In this document: one piece after another, positions 11,459-23,171 of the stretch
How the letters are laid out: each line of letters starts with the position of its first letter
Numbering within the stretch: position 1 is the first letter of the stretch
Source of the DNA: Dimorphilus gyrociliatus
Taxonomy: Eukaryota; Animalia; Annelida
Length of the DNA stretch: 64,000 nt
Direction: 5' to 3'
NCBI GenBank assembly: GCA_904063045.1
Contig: CAJFCJ010000006.1
Span: 3,612,408 to 3,676,407 of the forward strand
The notes under the pieces: model-generated
Databases searched by the model: none
Seen by the model: the letters and a program-made list of their open reading frames with translations, nothing else
Told to the model about the DNA's origin: nothing
Made by a program: the position numbers and the translations under genes

Positions 11459-12149
11459 ATGGCAACAAAATCAGAGGTTTGTTGTATCTTCTAATAACTT
11501 TTCTTTTTTAACTATGTTCTCTTACAATAGATAAGCAAACCATTGATTGAAAGGAGAAGAAGAGCGAGAATAAATGAACATTTAGCTCATTTAAAATTAC
11601 TCATTATGCAAGATATAAGAATGCAACCTGGAAAAGTTAATAAATTGGATAAAGCCGAAATTATGGATATGACCGTTTCTTATCTAGGGAAAATAAAGAA
11701 AGATAAAACAACAGCTCATCAAAAGAATTCCTACATTGATAATAGTAAATTTGACTCTTTTCACAAGGAATTTACATAATATTAATTATTATTAATTTGC
11801 AGACGATAGCTTCTTTTCTCAAGGATTTATCGATTGTGCAGGAATAGTTCTATCCTTCTTAGGGAATGATGATCAAGTTGATATTGAAACGAGAACGAAA
11901 CTACTTAATCACCTATCAGCATCTTTGCATCATAAAATAGAAATGAATTCAAAACCCTTCCAGGCCTATCCCTATCCCGCTTTAACTCCATTCAGAGTAC
12001 GGAATGTTACCCAATCTTCATATGTTTATCCTCAACCTATTTTAAGTACAACTTCAGCACCGCAACATCAATTATCAGGACTAGGAGAATTTATGAAGCT
12101 TAATAGAGAATCCAGTGCAGAGAAGTTTGATGGTAAAGAAAATGAGTAA
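11459..12149 (+). CDS. HES: Hairy/E(spl) (HES) bHLH-Orange transcription factor lacking WRPW; join(11459..11476,11531..11744,11803..12149)
   Basis: Basic region SKPLIERRRRARIN with the HES-diagnostic proline, helix 2 KLDKAEIMDMTVSYL, Orange domain FSQGFIDCAGIVLSFL...RTKLLNHL; phase-consistent introns. Confidence 0.88.
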
Positions 12150-12305
12150 TTTTAACATATGATGAATTAAATTAGATTTGTGTACATATCTTTTTAACTG
12201 TATATCCATTGTAAATAGACTGTATAATTGATTTATTTATGTCTATATACTAAACATAAAGCAAATAAAAGAATGTAATTTAAATTGCCTCTTTATATAT
12301 TTTTA

Positions 12306-12332
12306 TCTCTCTTCTCTCTCTCTCTCTCTCTC
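12306..12332. repeat. (TC)n microsatellite
   Basis: About 13 TC units with one interruption, read directly. Confidence 0.85.
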
Positions 12333-12339
12333 TTTTAAT

Positions 12340-13020
12340 TAAATATGATAAAGCCTTAACTCTCCTCCAATATAATCAATCATCGCTATAATCCTGAAAG
12401 AATCTGCGCATTTTTCCTATGTAATCAATATATGTTTTCCTTAACTAAACCTCTGGAGATGGATAATGAGGATAGTTCGTCGGAAAGTGGCAATATTCTG
12501 ATTTAAAGTAATCTTCTGCTAGAATAATAATAACTCTCTTCCAATCTCTTTTCGATTTAGTTCTCAAAAAGATTCGTATTTGTCATTATTAATCAATGAA
12601 TCTTGGTACAGATAGCAACAGAGTATAAAGTCATACTATTCGCTTTTGAAAAGAGTATTGACCCTGAGTAGGAGATAAAAAGGCGTTAAAAATCCTTCAA
12701 TTGATAAGATGTATACGCCGTTGTTAATTAGCATAATCTCGTATCGCAATCTATATGGTCACCATTATGCAAAATCCGTAAATATTTGAAAAGAAACTTT
12801 AGCATGATGATTCATGTAAATTTCATAGTAATTTATTATTCGCTTGCAGGCATCCAGATTTTCTAAGAATTTTATAGGGAACAATCATTTTAGCCGTTTT
12901 CCTCTCTTATGAACCAAATCAACAAAATAAATTTTCATCAATCGGATTTAGATGGGATTATTCTTATTTTACAATAATTTCAATACATAAAAAGCGTATT
13001 TTTTCAATCTTTACGTTAAT
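12340..13020 (-). pseudogene. Decayed Toll-like receptor (LRR-CT, TM, TIR) pseudogene
   Basis: Minus-strand translation through many stops gives, in TLR order: LKLL*NKNNPI (12983..12951), TM-like SFFSNIYGFCIMVTI*IAI (12798..12742), FNAFLS (12690..12673), KRVIIILAEDYFKSEYCHF (12540..12484), LRKTYIDY (12444..12421) and YWRRVKAL (12372..12349). Confidence 0.7.
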
Positions 13021-13362
13021 AATCAATCATGCTCTTTGTCAACTTCTCCTTCTTCGTCTTTATTTCTTTTATATTCTGAGTCAATTATCTCATCATTCTC
13101 ACTTTTAATTTTTTCAACAATAGCACCTTTCGTTCTTTCTTTCTTTCTCTTCCTATTCACTTTCCATTTATGCTTGCTAAATTAATGTTTATTTTTTAAG
13201 TGCTAATTATTCACTTTTACTTGTTGAAATTGTTATGTATTTCTATTTATTTATATTTTTGAATAAATTACGCATATATTTAAATAAATTATTAAATTAA
13301 CTAGTCGTAGCGATGACAGTAAATAAAAATAGCTAATATTCTCTTATTTGCTAGATGAATTT

Positions 13363-15702
13363 ATGGCTATAAATCGTTGTTTATACATATACTTGTTATA
13401 TGCAAATTTAGCATATTGTCCTAATTGTAGTACACTAAGATATAATGGAAATAAGTTATATAGAAAGAAATTTAATGAAATGACGGAAGAAGCTAATAAA
13501 AATTTCAAAAATGGAATACCTGTTGATTTCTCAATTGATCATTTCTCAAGTTATCAATCTTTTAAAGGAAAAAGTCTTAATTCAATTCTGTGGGAAGAAT
13601 GGAATAGATGCAAGAGAGAAGGGAGTGTAATTACTAGTTCAAAATTCTCATTTAATTATAGTTCTTGTTTTTGGAATGCCGTATCTGGAATTTGGAATAA
13701 ACACAATCGCATAACAGAGTCAAACGATAGGAATAATTGGTGGCCTTTGACCTTTGAAGAGACGAATGTTATAGTAAATATCTTTGAGTGTAATAGAACA
13801 AAAGGTTCTTGTATCTTTAGTCGATTGGTTAAGGCAATTCTTTCTTCATTTTTCTCTTTTTTCCAATAGATTTCACTAAAATTCCTTTTTGTCCTAATGT
13901 TTGCGATGTTAACGAACCATGCGAAAAGATAGAACATTCTGATGGAATTTGCCATTCTTTAGGGTAAAACTTATAAACAATATCCATTTAACTTGTTATT
14001 CTTTATCAGTTTTATTAAAGATTTCCCTATAATTAGGACAAAAATTAATGAATTTCGGTGTCAATGCCAAGAGAATTACGAATGGAACGGAACGTTGCTA
14101 AAATGTTCTAGAATAGAAATTTGCCAACGTTCCGGTTACTGTAACAAAATCGGAACTTTTAAGTGTGAGATGTTATATGGGGGAAAATTCCGTTGCATTT
14201 GTAAGAATACTTTTAGTGGTGAACGGTGTAATCGATTGAGGAGACCGTGTACGGATCGTTTACCATTTAGGGTAGATAATAAAACGGGTGACGATCTCTG
14301 CGGAACGAAGAAAGAGAAAGGAATTTGCATCAATATTGGGACAATTTATACTTGTCGATGCGAAAGAGCCTATGAGCGTGATGATAGAGAAGCCGCTTTG
14401 AACTGTTTGAAGCGTTCTGATACCTGTAACAGTAAATTATGTCCAAAGGGGCGGCATTGCGTAACTGTTTACGGTAACCCAATTTGTAAGTGTCCCGCCC
14501 ACTTAAGAGGTGAAAGTTGTACCATATGGTTACCGAACTGGGGAATTTGGGAAGAGTGGAGTCATTGTAAAGGTTCCTGCGGTTTCAATGCTGTTAGATT
14601 CAGAGTCCGTAAGTGTCAAACAGGTCAAGATTGCGAAGGAAATAGTGAGTAAATGGGAAAACTGTGCAATTAGCTAATTAAGCTAATTCCTTTCACTTTT
14701 CACTTTAGATAAGGAGCTTGAAGAGTGTGAAAACTTCGGTAAACCGTGTCCTTCATTACCCTATTGGCTTGCTTGGTCATATTATACGGAATGTACTGTA
14801 ACTTGCGGTGGAGGTCACAAATATCGAACTAGATATTGCTATAGCGATACCCTAAGAAAGTTGGTCAATTCATCTAGTTGCGCAATGAGTGTTTCCAGCC
14901 AGAAAATGTTGTCATATAACCGTGAAACACAAGCTTGTTCTTTAAACAAATGCCCAGTTAATAGCCCCAATAGAAAATGGACAGAATGGCTTGGTTGGAG
15001 CAAGTGCGATAGCCTGTGTGAACCGGCTAGAAAATATAACTTTAGAACTTGTCAAGGAGGTGTTGGAAAATGTCAAGGTCTACCATACAAATTTGCCAAC
15101 TGCGGTGATAAATGCTCTGGTATAAAAATATGAAGGATCAAATATGCGACACAAGTAATAAAAAACAAAACATTTTAAAGGCATTAATTTACTAAAAAGC
15201 ATTTTCTTCCTTCATGGGTGTGACGTATGGAAAGTGGTCTTTGTTTACGAAATGTAGTCCTACAAAGAGATTTTGTTTCTCAATTCGTGAATGTAAACCG
15301 AATAGCAGCTCAAAGACTAAATGTAGAAAGCAAAATACTTATAAAAGAACTAAATGTAAAAGGAATGTATGTCAAGGAACCAACAGATTACACATATTTC
15401 GTAAATTATTTAATTCTACCCAATTTCAACTACTTAAAAGAGAATTAACCTTTTGGAAAGAATTCAATGATAGAAAGATCAACAGGAAACGTTCAGTTTC
15501 ATCATTTCTTCCATTTTTTACCATACTCTTACTAGTATCTATAGCATTTACAGTAATTATATTTATAATCTTAAAAACTGGTAGAATATATTATAAAAGA
15601 AAGCAAACTGACGAGATAAATAGACAAACTACGGAAAGTATACAAGAAACTTTTTCAGAAGTGCTTAAAAAGTTTCGAAATAAGACAAGTAAATATAAAT
15701 AA
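13363..15702 (+). CDS. Type-I membrane protein: signal peptide, uncharacterised Trp/Cys-rich N-domain, about 5 EGF-like repeats, 3-4 TSP1 repeats, TM, short tail; exons 13363..13810, 13870..13963, 14037..14644, 14709..15119, 15200..15702
   Basis: EGF patterns (CRCICKNTFSGERC, CVTVYGNPICKCPAHLRGESC), TSP1 patterns (WEEWSHCKGSCG, WSYYTECTVTCGGG, WLGWSKCDSLC) and TM FLPFFTILLLVSIAFTVIIFIIL. The donor at 13811 is the least certain junction. Confidence 0.85.
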
Positions 15703-15770
15703 CTTGTTTTTATTAAAAAAAAAATGTTTTGAAAAGCAAGAAAAGAGAAAAATATTACTAATATTCAGTA

Positions 15771-15783
15771 CGCCATCTAATGG
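15771..15783 (-). promoter_or_regulatory. CTCF-like motif (CCATTAGATGGCG on minus strand) between convergent genes
   Basis: 12/14 match to CCACTAGATGGCGC in very AT-rich intergenic DNA. Confidence 0.4.
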
Positions 15784-16899
15784 AGAAAATGCATAATTAA
15801 TTAAAGAACAATTGCTTTGGCAAACAAATCATGTTGTAGTTGTAATTGATGCATAAACTTGTAACAGTTGTTTATTTATTTATAGTAAAAAAAATGAGGA
15901 AATAAAATAGCTACGTAGTTTTTATTTCTCTCTCCGTCTCTCTGTCTCTCTAGCCTTTTGTAACTCTAATACAATCAATCTTTCTATATTGAGTTTAAGT
16001 AGGAAAAGTTTGTCAGCATGTAATAGGGAAAAATGGTTCTATTCTTAAAAACATTTTCCTGCTATATCTTTGAGTGAAAAGAGTATTTACTGAAAAGAAA
16101 ATAGAAAAAACCTGGTCTAGATCATTGTGCTAGTACTAAATTAAAGCATCTTTATTTATTTACGCTTTAGTTTTTATAATAGGAAAAAGAATTTTAAGAT
16201 AGCTATTTAACTTATTAAAAAGCTTTTGAAGTACCTACAAATCAGTGATTCATTTTCCAACATTGCTAGAAAATAAATACTACTATTGTATAAAACTATG
16301 TTACAAGGCTACACAAGGATCGTTCGATAGCTTGTTTACTTTATACGCTGTATATTCGCTGATAAGGTTAACATATTGCATGTGACGCAATAAGTCATAT
16401 GATTTAAATTGTCATACGATTCATATTGTCTTACGATCATCTCTTTCTTTATCTTTATGTTTTAACTTGACACTGTTGAAAAGTATAAAGATTGCAAGAT
16501 ATTTAAGAATTAGCCCTAATAAATGAATATGTTTTCTAAATAAATAAAGCAAACTGAAGGGGCGGATGCTAAAGATTTCCGTTTCCATGTTTTTCTTCTT
16601 TCTTACAGATAATCGATAAAATAGTTTTAAATAGATGAAAGAAAGCCGAACTTGTAATATATAAATATAAATATACGGCATATATCTTTTATAAAAAGAA
16701 GAGTTTTGCTATTCATTTATTAAAAAGATTATTTAATTTATAATTCATTATCACTGCAAACTTTGTTAAAGTGTAAATAAAGTATTTCTACGAAAACAAA
16801 ATGAAAATAATCCCAAAAAATAAGAAATTTACATCTTGAGCATTAGGTAAAAAGGATCAGTTAATTTTTTTTTTCTATATTTTATTCTTTTCTTTTTAT

Positions 16900-19800
16900 C
16901 TACTTCTTAATCTCATTTTTTACCGTATTTTTGTTCTCCTCATTCTCACTTTCCTGATCGAGGTCAATTATGTTGTTATCGCTTTTATTTTCCTCTTCGG
17001 CCTTCTTATCGGTTGATGTATTATTTTCAGTATCGTTACTTGTTAGGTGTTCGGCAACGGCTTCGATTACTTTAGAGGTTTCTTTATCGTTATTTTCAAT
17101 GGGCTTTTCATCAGTTTTTTTATTATCATAATTGTCGGTAACAATTGCCGATGAATCCTTATGTTTGTCGTCACCAGTGGCAATAGCGTTACCGGCGTCT
17201 TTCTCTTTATTATTTTCTTGTTTCTTTTCTTCACCTGTAGCTTTTTCCACATCAGTGTTTTTACTCTCCGTTTTTACTTCCTTCTTCTCTTCCTCTATTT
17301 TTGATTTGTCTGATTCATCAATGGCTTTATTTGCAGGTTGTTCAACTCTTTTCTCCGCAAGTGCCTCAAATCCATCGTTCTTAATTGTTTCGACACTTGC
17401 CTCAACGGAGAACTCTTCATCATCATCTTCTTCGCTAACAGTTTCACTACTAACATCAAGACTCAGAGGACCAACTGTATCTAGCATTGCAGCAAATTTG
17501 CTGCTATCTAATTTCGAAGAGAAACTTTCCAATTCAGATGATTGACTTGTCTGACTTGTTAGTGCAGTATGAAAAGTATCAGAAGCTGAATCGTTCTTAA
17601 TAATACTCCTCTGATCTTTAAATTCCTTTGGGGCAGGAGTACTAGTTGAATTTGGAACAATGCTATTTCTTTCATCCAAAACTATAACATCAGAATCTGA
17701 TGAGGAAGTGGAGTGACGCTTGCGATGTTGTAAAGAGGAAAACTCATCTTGAAGACATAATTCATTTATTGGGCTGGCTTCGAGAGGTTTTGCTGATGTA
17801 GGATACTTATTAGTCAGGTGAACATCGGCCAAATCCAAATCAATTGGTTTATTGGGTATAGCTCCATTTTCGTCCATATTTCTAACGTCGACCGATTGCG
17901 CTGGTTTTTTCGGCAGTAATTTATTCCACTTTTCTTCAAACGCATCTTTATTAACATCATTAACCTTAGTGTAATAAGATAACAATTGTAGAAGCATAAT
18001 TCGCAATTCCCTTAAAGATGGTCTAGAATTTGGGTCGATAGAACAGCATAATCCCACCAATTCAAACATTTTATCAATATAACGAATAGGCAGATCGGGT
18101 TTAGAAAGAAGAAGTTCCTTATCCTTAAGTACATGCTTAATAAGGAAATCATCTTCCAATCCAGCATAAGGAAGACTACCAAATGTCATAATCTCCCATA
18201 AAACAATGCCATAAGACCAAACATTGGCCGTCTCTGTTGGACTATTCAATTTTATAAATTTATTTTCAACTTTAACTGTTTCTGGAGCAATCCATCTTAT
18301 AGGTATATTATCACCATTCGAGTCAGTATAATATTCATCATTATAAATATTCTCATTAATAAAATAATCTCCAACTTTGCAAGTTAGATCCGATGATAAT
18401 AGACAATTCCGAATAGCAATATCTCTGAAATAATACAAATATATACAGATAATTTGAATTTAATTTATGTATAAGCATTCAATAGCTATTGTTACCTGTG
18501 TATAAATTTTGCTTCGTGAAGCGCTTTCAAACCAGCCGCAATATCACAGGCAAAACGTAATAAAAGACCTTTTTCGCTAATAGATTCAAATGCAACTTTG
18601 TGACCGACTAAATATTGCTTGAGATCTCCCTATTTATAATAAATTTGAAAATAAGATGAATAAATTAATTAATTAATAAAGATACCCACAAAAGTACAAT
18701 ATTCCAAAACTAATAGAAAAGGAGTTGTCTCAACACATTGTCCGTGTAATTTAATAACATTTTCGTGTTGAACCTCTCTATATGCTGAAGCTTCTAGTAA
18801 AAAATTCAACTGATCGTGCGGATCAGCCTCCTCGTTCAATTTAAGAACGACAACTTTCGATTTTCTATAACCAGGTAGTAAATCTTTACCATCACCTTGT
18901 AAAACGTTACCAAACCAACCATTACCAATTTCTTTAATATAATTTAACTTTTCTCGCGGCAATTGATTCCGACCTAGAGAAATTTTGTTGAAAATGATTG
19001 TTTTTTTTTCCCAGAGACAAGAGAGAAGAAAGAGAAGAGAACAGAGAGAGAGAGATGGAGGAGGAGAGGCGGGGGGGAAAAAAGAGAAAATTTAGAACAA
19101 TAATAAAATATTTTAAATAGTTTATACCATAAAAAATGTTTAGAATAATAAAATTTAAAATAAAGGGAAGGAAACGCACACCATATAATTTATTTACTAA
19201 TTAACATACATGCATTCTACTATTATTATTATTATTAATATTATTATATATTACTATTTTTACTATATTTACACTTTTAATACAATAATTAGATCTTTTT
19301 GTTTGTTTACATTATTTACCTCTCAATAGTTTTTCTGAAGTATTATAAAGAAGAAATAAAATAAACCAATCTATACATATTTATATATATATATTAGTAT
19401 ATTAGTATAAATAAATAAGGGAGGGGGAATATGTTATTAGGAAGGTAAAAATAATAAAAATGTTAAGAATTGTTATCCTAAGCTAAATATTAAATATCTT
19501 AAATTTAACATTACTGTAATATATTACTTTTAAATATATCTTACACTGCAACTGTCCCAACATAGGGTCAACATATAATCCTAATGTAGTTTTTGAACTG
19601 TGTCGAACTTTAATGCACCCGACGTTAAAGAGGGAAAATGTTTTCGATTGTCTTTTTTTTTTTTGTTTTTTTGTTCAATATTCAATAACAACTCTATACT
19701 CACTTATTATACTTTGTAATTTTATCTTCTCTTGCATAGAATTCCTTTCTTGTCTTGCGTCGGGTTCATTTAAGAGTGCAATCTTAGGTCTATTATTTTA

Positions 19801-20365
19801 ATTAAAATTTTCTTAAGTACTTGTTTGAAAATTTAGAGCAATTTTTTATTAATTCTATATACCTTAGCGACATACTGTTGCTAATCGATGGTTTCTTAAT
19901 CGATGCGAGATCCGGTAAAGGCTCAATAATTGGCGGCCCAGTCATTTGAGAATCAGGTGTGCTTTCAATAGGGGGAAAGATTACTAAATCATTGCCTGGA
20001 CGAGGAATTGTTTCGTCGGGTAAATCCTACAAAAATCATTTAATAAACGATGTAAAAATATATCGATTGCTTCTATTTTAAAGGTTACTTGAAAGCCTGA
20101 ATTTCCCTTTTTGCATATTTCAGCGCAACCAATTAATACAGTGATAATCAATACTAGAACTGCCAATGAAACAAATAATCCAGCGGTTTCAGGTAATAGT
20201 AAAGTTGCAGTTTCTCCTGGTCAATAAAAAGAAAAGTTATCCAGCTTAATGAAGTTCAACTAATTGAATGTTATAATCTTTACCTTTATCAACAATAGAA
20301 CCCCCTAAACAAATATCTGCACTAAACAGTAGTGCATAAATAACAAAAAAACTATACGCTCTCAT
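16900..20365 (-). CDS. LMTK: Lemur tyrosine kinase / AATK-family transmembrane kinase; exons 20365..20284, 20216..20089, 20026..19863, [19789..19704 and/or 19607/19597..19545], 18973..18690, 18629..18496, 18424..16900
   Basis: Signal peptide and TM; LNYIKEIGNGWFGNV, QLNFLLEASAYREVQHENVIKLHGQCVETTPFLLVLEY, HRDIAIRN, PIRWIAPE, ANVWSYGIVLWEIMTFGSLPY; long acidic tail. Confidence 0.85.
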
Positions 20366-20909
20366 GTTTTTAACTCTTATCAAACAAGAAAGCAAACTAA
20401 TTAGATTCGGCGGTTTGTATTCTCATACCTTTATGAGTCAACAACACCCACTTTTTGATAAGATAATTGAATATAAGTTCTATTTAGGAAGTGTTAAATT
20501 TCCCTCTTTAATGAACTATGAACATATTTGATTCAATAGTATAACAATTTCAATCATGCAGTTAATAAGTGTAGCTAATAATCCAAATAGTTTAACAAAA
20601 ACTTGAGTTTTTTTTGATGAAAAAGGAAACGGAAATTTGAAATTATCCAAATAAAAATTCATGATTTTAGATTTTTATTATTTTTAAAGATTTAATAAAA
20701 ATATTGGTTAAAATTGTTTACAAATTTTTACTAAATAAAATACGAAAATAACCTAGAAGCGAGAATAACGAGATCACAACAACACCAGCGCCACACAAAC
20801 TCAGTCAAGTTAAACAAAATTGGCGTCGTAAAAGCGGCCATCGATGCCCATTAATACGAATTCACACAAATGCGAAAATAATCAATCGTTTTGGGACCAA
20901 GGAGACGAT

Positions 20910-23140
20910 ATGACAACTCAAAGTAAGTAAATTTTAATTCTCGTTTTTCCCACTTCCTAGTCCTATTATTACCTCTATCAGTAAGGACTTGAAAAAACTT
21001 ACGTTCAAACTATTGATTGAACGATTTCCAAAAGATATCTAAGTAACAATTATACACTTCTTTGTCTTTGTCATCTTTCTTACTAAGGTAGTTCCGAAGT
21101 GACTAACTAAAACTATTACCGATGACTAAGCGGAAGCGTATTAGCTGTCATAGATTTTTAAAAAATTACTCTCAACAATGCTTTTTTTTTGTGAACATAT
21201 GTCAAGTAAAAATATATCAGTCAGGCTTTTTTTATGTAACATTTGTTAATATTTTATAAAAAAAAAAACAAATAAACAACAGTGCAACTACCAGAAGATG
21301 ACGAGGAAAAAATTCAACTAGTACGGCGTAGAAAAGAAGAACTTTTACGTGATATCGAGGTAAAAAATCTTATCTCTTATTTGGAAAAGAGAAAATAATT
21401 TGGACTGGTTTTGAAGAGAGTGAATAGAAGTCGTCCGAATGTTTTCTTTAACAGCTTGTCTTTATTGACGTTAATTTAACGCTAATTCCTCAATTCCCCG
21501 TAGCAAATTAAAGACGATATCAACGGAATAATTGATCAGTTAAGGATAATACAGCACGCGGAAACTGACGGGTTAGCATTTTACTATAGTCTATTTACAT
21601 TGATTTATTTACATTTCGTATTTATGCCTATAGGAACGTGCAGGATACGGAACAACAAAACGTAAATGCTTTAAGGAGTAGATTTAATACAGATGCGAAA
21701 AAAGTAATACGATACATATTTCTTATCGAAGGATATCATCATTTTTATTGTTTTGTAAACAAAAAATAGGGTATTGAAGCGCTTATTGAGCAGAAAGTTA
21801 TTAGCGATACTCCTGAATCGATAGCTCATTATCTCTTACATACTGGTGGATTAAGCAAAACGCAGATAGGTAAATATCTTGGTGAAGCTGAAGAAAAGAA
21901 TCAACAAGTTCTCAAGTGTTTTGTCGAAGAACAAGATTTTCAGGGAATGAATATTTTACAAGCGCTCCGCCAATTTTTATGGAGTTTTCGAATTCCAGGA
22001 GAATCGCAGATTATTGAAAGAATAATGGAACTATTCGCCGCACATTACAACAATAGTAATATCAGCGAGTTAACTAACGACGCAGTCTTTATGCTGTGCT
22101 ATAGTTTTATGATGCTCAACACAACTTTTCATAATCCTAATGTTAAGAACAAAATGTCTTTTCTCGATTATAAAAAATCTGTATGTGATTTAATGGAAAA
22201 AGAGCCCAGCTTAGGTTCTATCATGGAACAGCTACCTCATTATTATGAAACGTTGAAGAAGGAACCTTTCCATCTTAATTCCGACGAAACGGATGACACG
22301 AACATGACATTTTTTGAACCCGATAAAGAAGGCTGGATCTTCAAACAAGGTTAGTAAATTTTCATTATTTTATAACAGTTTGTAATAGCGACTGGATAGG
22401 GATATACAATTTAATAATGCTTCATTTTCCTATCTAACTATATATAAGGCAGATACCGCAATATAACTCGTAAATAAATATTTATTAAGATAATTAACAT
22501 TAATTTACATCCATTCGCTATTATTCTCTTGTCTTAAAAACAAAAACAAAAAAAAACGCTTGATAGAGAGCTCTTGTTCTTTTTCCGTTTACGAATTTTG
22601 TGGCAAACAGGAAGTGGTCGAAGTAAGTATAAGAAAAAACTTGTAAACTATCGAAAAGCTTGGTTCCCCTCCCGAAGTAATTGTTGTAATTTTCGTGGTT
22701 TTTTTTAAAAAAAAAAAGAGAAGGACTTTTTTATTAAATTTTTTTTACTTTTTAACTATTCTCGGGTCACTTTTCTCCTAATCCACCAGTTTTCCTCTCG
22801 TTCAGAACGTATTGGTTTTAACTAATTTCGTCACAATTTATTAAGTAAAACTTTATAAAATACTATATATATATATATATATATATTTAGTTAGTTAGTT
22901 ATCATTCAAAGGCTAAGTAATATATAAAAGTGATAATTAGTTATATTAATATATATGTATACACTGTAAATATAAATATATATATACTGTATATATATAT
23001 ATATATCTTACATATATAAAATATGGGAATGGCATAAAGATAAGATAGAATTTTTTTCATTCCATGCATGCTTTATTAAAAACACATACCACACGTACAC
23101 AAAATGTATTGATATAAGTTTGAATAGAATTAATATACAG

Positions 23141-23171
<31 letters not shown>

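Noticed and set aside
13024-13187. About 55-codon charged minus-strand frame (KWKVNRKRKKERTK...DKEHD*) behind an AG
   Set aside because: No upstream exon or start found; purine-rich low complexity avoids stops by chance.
13811-13869. GTATCTTT donor resembling a U12 minor-intron 5' site
   Set aside because: No TCCTTAAC-type branch site; the intron has an ordinary pyrimidine tract and the donor itself is only inferred.
16300-16681. Minus-strand ORF with TM-like LLGLILKYLAIFIL and a downstream AIER, resembling a second GPCR relic
   Set aside because: The motifs are in different frames and about 20 residues too close, no other GPCR motif is found, and the region may be LMTK 3' UTR.
17132-17545. 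137-aa Ser/Phe-rich plus-strand ORF
   Set aside because: Antisense shadow of the acidic LMTK tail.
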